Source: Dictyostelium discoideum
Taxonomy: Eukaryota
Reading direction: 5' to 3'
Length of the DNA: 64,000 nucleotides
NCBI GenBank assembly: GCA_000004695.1
Contig: CM000155.2
Span: 1-64,000 of the forward strand
Part shown: positions 9,661-18,891 of the stretch, in pieces
How the letters are laid out: the number at the start of each line of letters is the position of its first letter
How positions within the stretch are numbered: position 1 is the stretch's first letter
Translations under genes and position numbers: made by a program
Notes under the pieces: model-generated
Database searches by the model: none
What the model saw: the letters and a program-made list of their open reading frames with translations, nothing else
Told to the model about the DNA's origin: nothing

Positions 9661-10391
9661 AGCAAATTTAAATTTAATTTAAAGCGAATTTAAAGTCCTG
9701 AATTAAAGCAATTTTTAAGGTAATTTTAAAGGTAATTTTTAAGGTTACTTTAAAATCACCTTAAAAATTACCTTTAAAATTACCTTTAAAATTACCTTTT
9801 TAATCGCTTTAAAAGCGAGGTCCTGAGTTCGAAGCCGTTATTTAACGGATAAAATTTTTAAAATTTTTTTTTAATTTTTCAAAAATTACCAAAAGGGATT
9901 CGATCCCCCGACCCTCTATCAAAGGATAGTCTCATCAACCATTACACCATTTGATTGCTTTGATGAAAATTTAAATATGATAGAATATTTTATCCCCATT
10001 TTTTTGATCTAAAATTAGATCTTTTTAATTAAAAACCTTAAATTTATACTTAAAGGAAATTTAAATTCACTTTAAATCTACTTTAAATCTACTTTAAATC
10101 CTATTTAAAATTAATTTAAAATAAATTTTAAAGGTATTTTTAAATATCTTAAAAATTATCTTAAAAATTACCTTAAAAATCACCTTTAAAATCACCTTTA
10201 AAATCACCTTTAAAATTGCTTAAAAATTTATTTTCAAGCAAATTTTAAAGGCATTTTTAAATATCTTAAAAATTACCTTAAAAATTACCTTAAAAATGAA
10301 TTTTTTAAAAGCGGCTTTAAATTCAATTTAAATCCAATTTAAATCAACTTTCCTTTAAATTTGCTTTAAAGGTGCATTTTTCTTTGCTGTG
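9636..10391 (+). mobile_element. MITE-like non-autonomous TIR element (756 bp) with 29-bp terminal inverted repeats and subterminal direct-repeat arrays
   Basis: The 5' end is 'cacagcgaagaaaaaaccactttaaagc' and the 3' end is 'gctttaaaggtgcatttttctttgctgtg'. The arrays are (ggtaattttaaa)n near the 5' end and (cacctttaaaat)n and (ctactttaaat)n near the 3' end. A second full copy is at 11946-12859. Confidence 0.7.
9889..9965 (-). other. Degenerate tRNA-Gln(UUG)-like module inside the MITE (anticodon-loop-like CTTTGAT, B-box-like gggggatcgaatccc). There is a second B-box-like 'gagttcgaagcc' at 9826-9837 on the plus strand.
   Basis: Minus strand reads 'gcaatcaaatggtgtaatggttgatgagactatcctttgatagagggtcgggggatcgaatccc'. 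It resembles the tRNA-Gln D-arm and anticodon arm, but the stems do not pair fully. Confidence 0.3.
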
Positions 10392-10474
10392 AAATTAGAA
10401 ACAGAAAAAAAAATGAAAAAAATCGGCATTAGAGATATGACAGATCTTGGGTAGAAAATTTAAAAATAAATTAT

Positions 10475-10879
10475 TTGTACTTACAACCTGATATTTTACA
10501 CAACATATTATTGGGTATTGTACAATGGGTTTTAAATTATATTTTCAAAAAATATAAGGATCAAATTACAATTTTTATAAAAAAATTAAAAGAAGCTAAA
10601 ATCATTCCAGATCATTTACCACCATCAGAATCTTTATTTGGTGTAAAAACAAGAAAAGGTAGAGAGAATAGAAGCATATTATATTATATTTTATTTTTTA
10701 CTAAATCAAATGTATCAAATGATGATTTCTTATTATTAGAAGAAATGTTTCAGATTACTTTTTTATTATATCAAGATTCTTTCGACGAAGATGATTTGGA
10801 TAAAATAAATTATTTAGTTAAAAATAAGTATACTTTATATGTATATTTAAAAAGTATACTTTATAATAATACTTATTAA
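10475..10879 (+). CDS. Orphan 134-aa ORF inside the TIR element interior. Possibly a fragment of an element-encoded protein.
   Basis: ORF MYLQPDILHNILLGIVQWVLNYIFKKYKDQ...; no recognisable domain. It is preceded by a short disrupted ORF (MKKIGIRDMTDLG*). Confidence 0.2.
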   Translation: MYLQPDILHNILLGIVQWVLNYIFKKYKDQITIFIKKLKEAKIIPDHLPPSESLFGVKTRKGRENRSILYYILFFTKSNVSNDDFLLLEEMFQITFLLYQDSFDEDDLDKINYLVKNKYTLYVYLKSILYNNTY

Positions 10880-10950
10880 GTACACTTTATAATAGTACTA
10901 TTTACATTCCTACTTTAAAGATGCTTTTAAGTATTTTTTTCGCCCCTGTG

Positions 10951-11945
10951 ATATATATATATTTAATATAAAATATAATTTAATAATTTAAATTTTTAAT
11001 TTATATTATCATATATATATATATATTATGAAATTTGGACGACAGTATTTAAGAAACCACCAGATTTTTCACCAATGATTCTTTTATCGTAGAAGGTATC
11101 TACAGTATCATTTGATTTCCAACGACCCATCTTCTTGACAACGTGGAACGGAACGTTATTGGACAACAGCAGAGAAGCCATAGCGGAACGGGTAGAGTGA
11201 GATTTGAACTTGCAATATCAATACCTGACTTTGAGAGTGTTGATAGTACAATTGAGTTAATATCATTAACTTGGAGCGGTTCACCCTCATTCTTAATAAA
11301 GACAAAGTCACCCGAATGGGGCTTTCTTCTTCCTTTAGAGGCTCTAAGGTATGTTGCAAGGTGGCGAACAGGGCATACTTGAGAGTTAGTATCATCTAAC
11401 GATGTTAATTCTAAGATTGAAACAACACCACTTCTTTGTTCTTTAGCATTAATAACTGGACCCTTGATTGAGTCAGGAGTAATAATGAGACCTTTGAACG
11501 ACCACTTCACCAAGTCTGATGATCTTGCTAAACCAAACATTTTACAGAGAACAAGTGTCTTGTTTAATAGCGCAGTGTATGTGTACTTGGGGATGACTTT
11601 GATAGTAGATAAGTGCTTGAATACTTGATTTGCATCCCATATCTCTTTATACTTTGCAGATGAAGGGCGCAACTTGTGAATACCAGTCATAATTTTTGTG
11701 ATGAATGGATCATTAACAATATCAGTTTGATTCCTAAGGAGTAACAACTGATTCAACATAGAACGATGACCGTTAATTGTGGAGAAGGCTAACGGAGGTT
11801 TGTGCTTGAACAGATGTGTAAGATAATCCATGACAACAACTAAGGTAATGTTTGCTGGATTCAAAGAGTTCAAAGTACAAAAATTGCGGAATCTTGTATA
11901 ACTGGAGCTATATACTTTGAGAGTTGAAGGTTCCCAAGACTTCAT
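10951..11945 (-). mobile_element. DIRS-1-like 3' fragment: tyrosine-recombinase ORF remnant plus an internal-complementary-region-like segment. It lacks a terminal repeat.
   Basis: 10955-11000 matches the ICR-like segment of copies A and B (395-433). 11001-11028 resembles the terminal-repeat tip. The minus ORF 11100..11945 has LVLCKMFGLARSSDL (recombinase box-I-like R) and then changes frame. Confidence 0.55.
11100..11945 (-). pseudogene. DIRS-like tyrosine recombinase (ORF2/YR) remnant, frameshifted near its 3' end
   Basis: 281-aa ORF with GLARSSDL. A downstream alternative frame (11156..11395) carries the ...YALFATLQHTL... and ...SLYPFRYGFSA... segments. Confidence 0.45.
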
Positions 11946-12859
11946 TACACAGCAAAGAAAAAACCACCTTTAAATTCGCTTTAAATTAAATTTAAATTTG
12001 CTTTAAAGTCCTGAATTAAAGCAATTTTAAAGGTAATTTTAAAGGTAATTTTAAAGGTAATTTTTAAGGTTACTTTAAAATCACCTTAAAAATTACCTTT
12101 AAAATTACCTGTACAATTACCTTTTTAATGGCTTGAAAAGCNNNNNNNNNNNNNNNNNNNNNNNNNNNNNNNNNNNNNNNNNNNNNNNNNNNNNNNNNNN
12201 NNNNNNNNNNNNNNNNNNNNNNNNNNNNNNNNNNNNNNNNNATTACCTTTAAAATTACCTTTTTAATGGCTTTAAAAGCGAGGTCCTGGGTTCGAAGCCG
12301 TTATTTAACGGGTAAATTTTTTAAAATTTTTTTTTTTAATTTTTCAAAAAAATTACCAAAAGGGATTCGATCCCCCGACCCTCTATCAAAGGGTAGTCTC
12401 ATCAACCATTACACCATTTGATTGCTTTGATGAAAAATTTAAAAATGATAGAATATTTTATCCCCATTTTTTTGTTCTAAAATTAGATCTTTTTTATTAA
12501 AAACCTTAAATTTATGTTTAAAGGAAATTTAAATTCACTTTAAATCTACTTTAAATCTACTTTAAATCCTATTTAAAATTAATTTAAAATAAATTTTAAA
12601 GGTATTTTTAAATATCTTAAAAATTATCTTAAAAATTACCTTAAAAATCACCTTTAAAATCACCTTTAAAATCACCTTTAAAATTGCTTAAAAATTTATT
12701 TTAAAGCAAATTTTAAAGGCATTTTTAAATATCTTAAAAATTACCTTAAAAATTACCTTAAAAATGAATTTTTTAAACGCGGCTTTAAATTCAATTTAAA
12801 TCCAATTTAAATCAACTTTTCTTTAAATTTGCTTTAAAGGTGCATTTTTCTTTGCTGTG
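11946..12859 (+). mobile_element. Second MITE-like copy of the CACAGC-TIR element. It contains a 99-nt assembly gap at 12142-12240.
   Basis: It starts 'cacagcaaagaaaaaaccacctttaaattcgc' and ends 'gctttaaaggtgcatttttctttgctgtg'. The interior is collinear with 9636-10391, including the tRNA-like module at about 12350-12430. Confidence 0.7.
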
Positions 12860-12978
12860 TAACAGCTCAGCTGTTTTTGTATTTGTTGTACGAGCGAAGG
12901 ACATTACATGAGATTGGAAAGTTGAATAATCCCCAGTTTCCAACGTTGTTGAATCTGGATTGGTATCGACTCTACTGA

Positions 12979-14060
12979 CACAGCAAAGAAAAATGCACCT
13001 TTAAAGCCAATTTCAAGCAAATACAATTTAAATTTGCTTTAAATTGGCTTTAAATTTGCTTTTTAAAAAGGTAATTTTAAAGATATTTTTAAGGTCATTT
13101 AAAATTACATTAAAAATGACCTTTTAAATTTATTATAAAGCGGTTTTTAAATAATGTTTTAATCACTTTATAATAAATTTAAAAAAGTTATTTTTAATGT
13201 AATTTAAAATTACTTATCAATCCTTTTTTAAGCTTTTATTAATTATATTTTTTAAAATACATTTTAAATGCATTTTAAATACATTTCAAATCAATTTTTA
13301 CACTATTTATTTCAAATTTATTAAAAAAAAAAAAATAAAAATAAGAAAATAAAAAAAAAAAAAAAAATTAAGAAAATTAAAAAAAAAAAAAACTAAAAAG
13401 ATAACCAAATTAATTTTAATTCTTTATTTATTTGTTTCAGTGGCAATTGAATTCTATTATTATTATTTTTATTAATTAATAATAAAAAAGTGTTTCAGTT
13501 GCCTTGGGTTTTATATTATTTTATTTTAAATTTTACTTCTCATTTCAAAAAGCGAAAAATATCAAAAAAAAAAAAAAAAATTTAATTATTTGTTTTGCAT
13601 ATTTATATTATAAGTATAAACATACATATAAAAAAAGATTTTTTATTTTTTATTTTTTATAATTAATAAACAATTAACGAGTGCACATGTATATTATTGC
13701 ATTAGTGTAGTTTTACAATAAATTGGGCAGATTTTATAGTTTTTTTTTTTAATATTTTAAAAAGAAAAAGGTATAGACAGGGTCATAGGTTCCCCGTCAT
13801 TTTTTGAAAATGGGGTATATCCCTCTAAATATAAAATTTTAAGTACTAAATCATATATCTACTTGCTATAATGCTAAAATTTGAATTAAATGAAAAAAAA
13901 AAAAAAAAAAACGTAAAAACTCGAGGAAAAAAAAAAAAAAAATATTATTTTTAATTTCCAGCCAGCAAACAAAATGAATTTAAATAACATATCATGCATT
14001 AATTGCAGAGAAAAATTAAAGAATTTTAAAAATATTATTATTCATTATATTATGCATAAA
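12979..14060 (+). repeat. Left long inverted arm (includes duplicated gene start ATG at 13975 and upstream region)
   Basis: Reverse-complement identity to 15813-16894 as read by eye over several stretches. Confidence 0.65.
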
Positions 14061-14464
14061 TTTTATCCCCATTTTTTTGTTCTAAAATTAGATCTTTTTT
14101 ATTAAAAACCTTTAATTTATGTTTAAAGGAAATTTAAATTCACTTTAAATCTACTTTAAATCTACTTTAAATCCTATTTAAAATTAATTTAAAATAATTT
14201 TTAAAGGTATTTTTAAATATCTTTAAAATAAATTTTTAAGCAATTTTAAAGGTGATTTTAAAGGTGATTTTAAAGGTGATTTTTAAGGTAATTTTTAAGA
14301 TAATTTTTAAGCAAATTTTAAAGGCATTTTTAAATATCTTAAAAATTACCTTAAAAATTACCTTAAAAATGAATTTTTTAAACGCGGCTTTAAATTCAAT
14401 TTAAATCCAATTTAAATCAACTTTTCTTTAAATTTGCTTTAAAGGTGCATTTTTCTTTGCTGTG
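14061..14464 (+). mobile_element. MITE 3' half (collinear with 9975-10391) ending in TIR 14436-14464. It abuts the zinc-finger gene 3' end.
   Basis: Sequence 'ttttatccccatttttttgttctaaaattagatc...gctttaaaggtgcatttttctttgctgtg'. Confidence 0.65.
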
Positions 14465-15898
14465 AAGGGTTCGACCCACCCTCTGTCCACACCTTTGATA
14501 CCAATATCTTTTGCTTTTTTTTCCCATACTTTTTTTAATTCTATATCAGCATTTAGTTCAGCATAATTTGGTTTGGTGGAGTGAAAATTTGTAATATCTT
14601 CTTGTTTTCTTAATGCAAATAAATAAACCATCTCTTGGTTTGTCACATGTGTGACATGCATATTCATTTGAATTATGTCCATTAAGTTTACACGATGCTC
14701 TAAATTCTGGAATATCCATTGTCAGTCCAAACGGTACAACATCTATTTGTTCATTTTCAATAATTAAATTAAAGCCATTACCAATAAAAGATGAAAACAA
14801 TGCCCTAATTGTTTGATGAAAATTAAGTAACCAATCATTTGGTACTACAAATAATAATAATTTATTATTTTTAAATTCATTTCCAATATAATTTTCTATA
14901 TCCAGCATTATAGTATAATCTTTCTTGTTTTGACACTGCATACTATCAGTGAATATTCTAAGTAAAACAATTTTATTTTTATTTTTATTTTTTAAATCTT
15001 TAAATTGTTGACCACTTTTATAATTTGTATAAATTCCAGTTTCAAAATCTGTATCAAAATCTATTCTTTCAAAAAATTGCTTTTTATTTAATAAAGTTTC
15101 TAATACTTTTTTAATTTCAAAATAAAAAATTGAGTGATCATAATTTTTATTTATAAATGTTTCTCCTTTTATTTGAAAATCTTCCATAAATAATTTATCC
15201 ATATATTGAGGTGTGTATCTTATTTGATTTAAATTGGTTTTATTTTTGTCAATAAAACTTTTAAATTTTTCAAGTAGCTTTAAACTTATTGAGTTTTCAA
15301 TTCCCAACATTAAAAATTCAATTTCAGTTTCATTTAATTTTTTTTTTGATTTTTCATTATCTAAATTATTATTTAGATTATTATTTATTGGTTCGTTTTG
15401 AGCATTTTCATTTTCATTATTTTCATTATTTTCATTATTAATGTTTGCTTCATTTTCATCTATTCTAATTTCATTGTTTTCATCTTCACTATTTACCAAC
15501 CCAATTATATCATGATTTTCTTCATTATCAATTGTTTGATTATTTTCATTATTTTCATTATTTTCTTGATAAAAAATTTCATCTTGGTTTTGGTTACATA
15601 AATGTTTACATGGGTCATCTGGATCATTTGTTGGATATTTTATTTTTTCACCAGTAATATCCATTAATTTTTTATAAAAGCTATCTCTTTTTTGATTATT
15701 TGTAATAATTTTATTTTGTTCATTTTTACATTTTTTGGTGTTTAAATGTCCATTTACATCATAAAATTGTTTATAAGAACGGTAACATGCAAGACAAAAT
15801 GGACATATATTTTTATGCATAATATAATGAATAATAATATTTTTAAAATTCTTTAATTTTTCTCTGCAATTAATGCATGATATGTTATTTAAATTCAT
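14428..15898 (-). CDS. Zinc-finger protein of the TIR element, about 490 aa when reconstructed. The N-terminus has C2H2/BED-like fingers (C-x2-C-x12-H-x3-H, then C-x2-C..H-x5-C), then an acidic Asn/Glu-rich linker, then a conserved C-terminal domain ending ..CHTCDK. There is a +1 frameshift near 14640. The last 11 codons and the stop are encoded by TIR and subterminal sequence.
   Basis: ORF 14558..15898 (446 aa) plus alternative frame 14428..14682. The frame switch is supported by alignment to paralog 8981-9660 (VDYLLKEGNYRNQKDIIDFHNSKLNKQDF versus VYLFALRKQEDITNFHSTKPNY). The terminal codons are 'aca gca aag aaa aat gca cct tta aag caa att taa'. Confidence 0.55.
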
Positions 15899-16894
15899 TT
15901 TGTTTGCTGGCTGGAAATTAAAAATAATATTTTTTTTTTTTTTTTTCCTCGAGTTTTTACGTTTTTTTTTTTTTTTTTTTTCATTTTATTCAAATTTTAG
16001 CATTATAGCAAGTAGATATATGATTTAGTACTTAGAATTTTATATTTAGAGGGATATACCCCATTTTCAAAAAATGACGGGGAACCTATGACCCTGTCTA
16101 TACCTTTTTCTTTTTAAAATATTAAAAAAAAAAACTATAAAATCTGCCCATTTTATTGCAAAACTACACTAATGCAATAATATACCTGTGCACTCGTTAA
16201 TTGTTTATTAATTATAAAAAATAAAAAATAAAAAATCTTTTTTTATATGTATGTTTATACTTATAATATAAATATGCAAAACAAATAATTAAATTTTTTT
16301 TTTTTTTTTTGATATTTTTCGCTTTTTGAAATGAGAAGTAAAATTTAAAATAAAATAATATAAAACCCAAGGCAACTGAAACACTTTTTTATTATTAATT
16401 AATAAAAATAATAATAATAGAATTCAATTGCCACTGAAACAAATAAATAAAGAATTAAAATTAATTTGGTTATCTTTTTAGTTTTTTTTTTTTTTAATTT
16501 TCTTAATTTTTTTTTTTTTTTTTATTTTCTTATTTTTATTTTTTTTTTTTTAATAAATTTGAAATAAATAGTGTAAAAATTGATTTGAAATGTATTTAAA
16601 ATGCATTTAAAATGTATTTTAAAAAATATAATTAATAAAAGCTTAAAAAAGGATTGATAAGTAATTTTAAATTACATTAAAAATAACTTTTTTAAATTTA
16701 TTATAAAGTGATTAAAACATTATTTAAAAACCGCTTTATAATAAATTTAAAAGGTCATTTTTAATGTAATTTAAATGACCTTAAAAATATCTTTAAAATT
16801 AACTTTTTAAAAAGCAAATTTAAAGCCAATTTAAAGCAAATTTAAATTGTATTTGCTTGAAATTGGCTTTAAAGGTGCATTTTTCTTTGCTGTG
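15813..16894 (-). repeat. Right long inverted arm (contains the gene 5' end, promoter region and terminal TIR)
   Basis: Reverse complement of 12979-14060. Confidence 0.65.
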
Positions 16895-17141
16895 TACCTT
16901 AAAAATCACCTTTAAAATCACCTTTAAAATCACCTTTAAAATCACCTTTAAAATCACCTTTAAAATTGCTTAAAAATTTATTTTAAAGCAAATTTTAAAG
17001 GCATTTTTAAATATCTTAAAAATTACCTTAAAAATTACCTTAAAAATGAATTTTTTAAACGCGGCTTTAAATTCAATTTAAATCCAATTTAAATCAACTT
17101 TGCTTTAAATTTGCTTTAAAGGTGCATTTTTCTTTGCTGTG
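16895..17141 (+). mobile_element. MITE 3' fragment (collinear with about 10170-10391) ending in TIR
   Basis: The (cacctttaaaat)5 array, then '...gctttaaaggtgcatttttctttgctgtg' ending at 17141. Confidence 0.6.
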
Positions 17142-17290
17142 GTAATTTTAAAGGTAATTTTTAAGGTGATTTTAAAGTAACCTTAAAAATTACCTTTAAA
17201 ATTACCTTAAAAATTGCTTTAATTCAGGACTTTAAATTCGCTTTAAATTAAATTTAAATTTGCTTTAAAGGTGGATTTTTCTTCGCTGTG
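17142..17290 (-). mobile_element. Inverted MITE 5' fragment ending in TIR (17262-17290). It abuts a gene-3'-end-like ORF.
   Basis: Reverse complement of 9636-9790. The adjacent minus ORF 17265..17468 ends ...NQPTQRRKIHL*, with its last 8 codons in the TIR. Confidence 0.55.
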
Positions 17291-17938
17291 TTGGTTGATT
17301 AATTTCGTCCAATATCTTTTGATCAATCCTTTTATTGAATGTTTTTAGAAGTTCGTGGTGAGTGTCTTCGTTGCATTCTCTCTTCTGGTACAAGTTCTCG
17401 TATTTTGAAAAAGATCGAGTTATCCCGGAAAAGATCAATCTTTTCGCGAAAAATTTTTCACTGGCCAAATTATTTTTTTTTTAAAATTTTTTTTTTATTA
17501 ACAATTAAAATAAATAAAATAAAAGAATGATTTACAAAAAAATCAGAAATACTGGGGCTCAAATAAAGGATTTATTTTTTATATGTAATTTTTTTTTTTT
17601 TTGAAGTTCCTTTTTTTTCGAAGTTCATTTTTTTATATATTTTCTTTATTTCTCTTAACTACATACTAAATTTAATTCTACGATAGGTCTTAACAAATAT
17701 TGTTTAAAACAAAAATTTTATATAATATTAAATAATGCATTTTATTAAAAAAAAAAAAAAAAAAAAAATATGAAAAGTGAAAATTTTTTCAAAAAAAAAA
17801 AACTTTTTTCGAAACAACTCAGCTTATTCCCGGATAACTCGATCTTTTTCAAAATAACTTTATTTATTCAGAATTAATTCAATTATTCACTGATAGGTCC
17901 ATTATTATTTAAAAGTTTTGTTTTAAATCGTGCATTCC

Positions 17939-18002
<64 letters not shown>

Positions 18003-18205
18003 CAGAAAAGAACCTTTTGGGGAATAAATGAGTTATTTATTTTTTTAAAAAAGATTTAGTTTTTTGTTAAAGAAAAGAATTGTTTCAAAAAAAGGTTTTT
18101 TTTTTTTTTTTTTTTTCTTCATTTCCCACATATGTTTTTTTTATTATAAAATGCATTTTAGTGAATAAATTTATTTTTTTATTATTATAAAAGGTTCATT
18201 TTTGG

Positions 18206-18238
<33 letters not shown>

Positions 18239-18450
18239 AAAGCACGATTTAAAACAAAACTTTTAAACAATAATATTAAACAATATTTGTTAAGACCTAT
18301 TTTAGAATTAAATTTAGTATAATTGTAGAAATAAAGAAAAAAAAATGAACTTCAAATAAAAAAAAAGAACTTCAAAAAAATCACATATGAACCTTGTATT
18401 TCTGATTTTTTTTTTTTTTGTAAACTATACTTTTTATTTTATTTTATTAT
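17291..18450. repeat. Large imperfect palindrome (inverted duplication) centred on a 60-nt poly(T) at 17941-18000
   Basis: 17400-17428 is the reverse complement of 17822-17850. 17683-17708 is the reverse complement of 18276-18300. 17720-17750 is mirrored at 18120-18160. Confidence 0.6.
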
Positions 18451-18720
18451 TCCTCAAAAATATTTTTTTATTTAATTTTTTTTTGAATTGGATAACTCAA
18501 TTTATATTTTTTTATTTAGTATGTAATTAAAAAAAAAATAAAAAAATAAAATTAAAAAATGAAATAAAATTAATACCTATTCAGCTTTAAACAAGCTAGT
18601 GTTCTAAAAATTTACCATTATTATTTACCGGTAAATAATAATGAAAACGAATTAATTTATTTAATTTATTTAAATTTATTTAAATTTATTTAAATTATTT
18701 AAATTTATTTAAATTTATTT

Positions 18721-18766
<46 letters not shown>

Positions 18767-18891
18767 AAGGTAAAAATTTTAAATAAAATTTTATATTTTT
18801 TTTTTTATTATTTTTTATCATTCATTTTTTTATTTTTAATTTACACATATACATATAAATATACAATTAAATTTTTAATTTACTTTCAAAA

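Larger units (their letters stand above)
7909..10950 (+). mobile_element. TIR DNA element, variant of the CACAGC-TIR family. Termini are 'cacagcggcgaaaa...' at 7909 and '...ttttttcgcccctgtg' at 10950. It has subterminal 13-bp palindromic repeats.
   Basis: The ends are inverted complements of each other. The 'tacttaataagta' arrays at 7976-8130 are mirrored at 10860-10915. The interior holds tRNA-like fragments, a minisatellite, a truncated ZnF paralog, a MITE and an orphan ORF. Confidence 0.5.
12979..16894 (+). mobile_element. Composite CACAGC-TIR element with 1082-bp inverted arms flanking a zinc-finger gene. A 404-bp MITE 3' segment with its own TIR lies internally.
   Basis: 12979 reads 'cacagcaaagaaaaatgcacctttaaagcc...' and 16866-16894 is its inverted complement. 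The left arm 12979-14060 is the reverse complement of 15813-16894. The inner 86 bp of each arm duplicate the first 29 codons of the gene. Confidence 0.6.

Noticed and set aside
9690-10360. Regularly spaced short repeats (cacctttaaaat, ggtaattttaaa, ctactttaaat) that superficially resemble a CRISPR array
   Set aside because: This is a eukaryotic genome. The repeats are tandem without unique spacers and sit subterminally inside a TIR element.
18655-18725. (atttatttaa)n tandem repeat and adjacent poly(T) as a possible regulatory element upstream of the UBX gene
   Set aside because: Typical AT-rich Dictyostelium intergenic microsatellite. No specific motif recognised.
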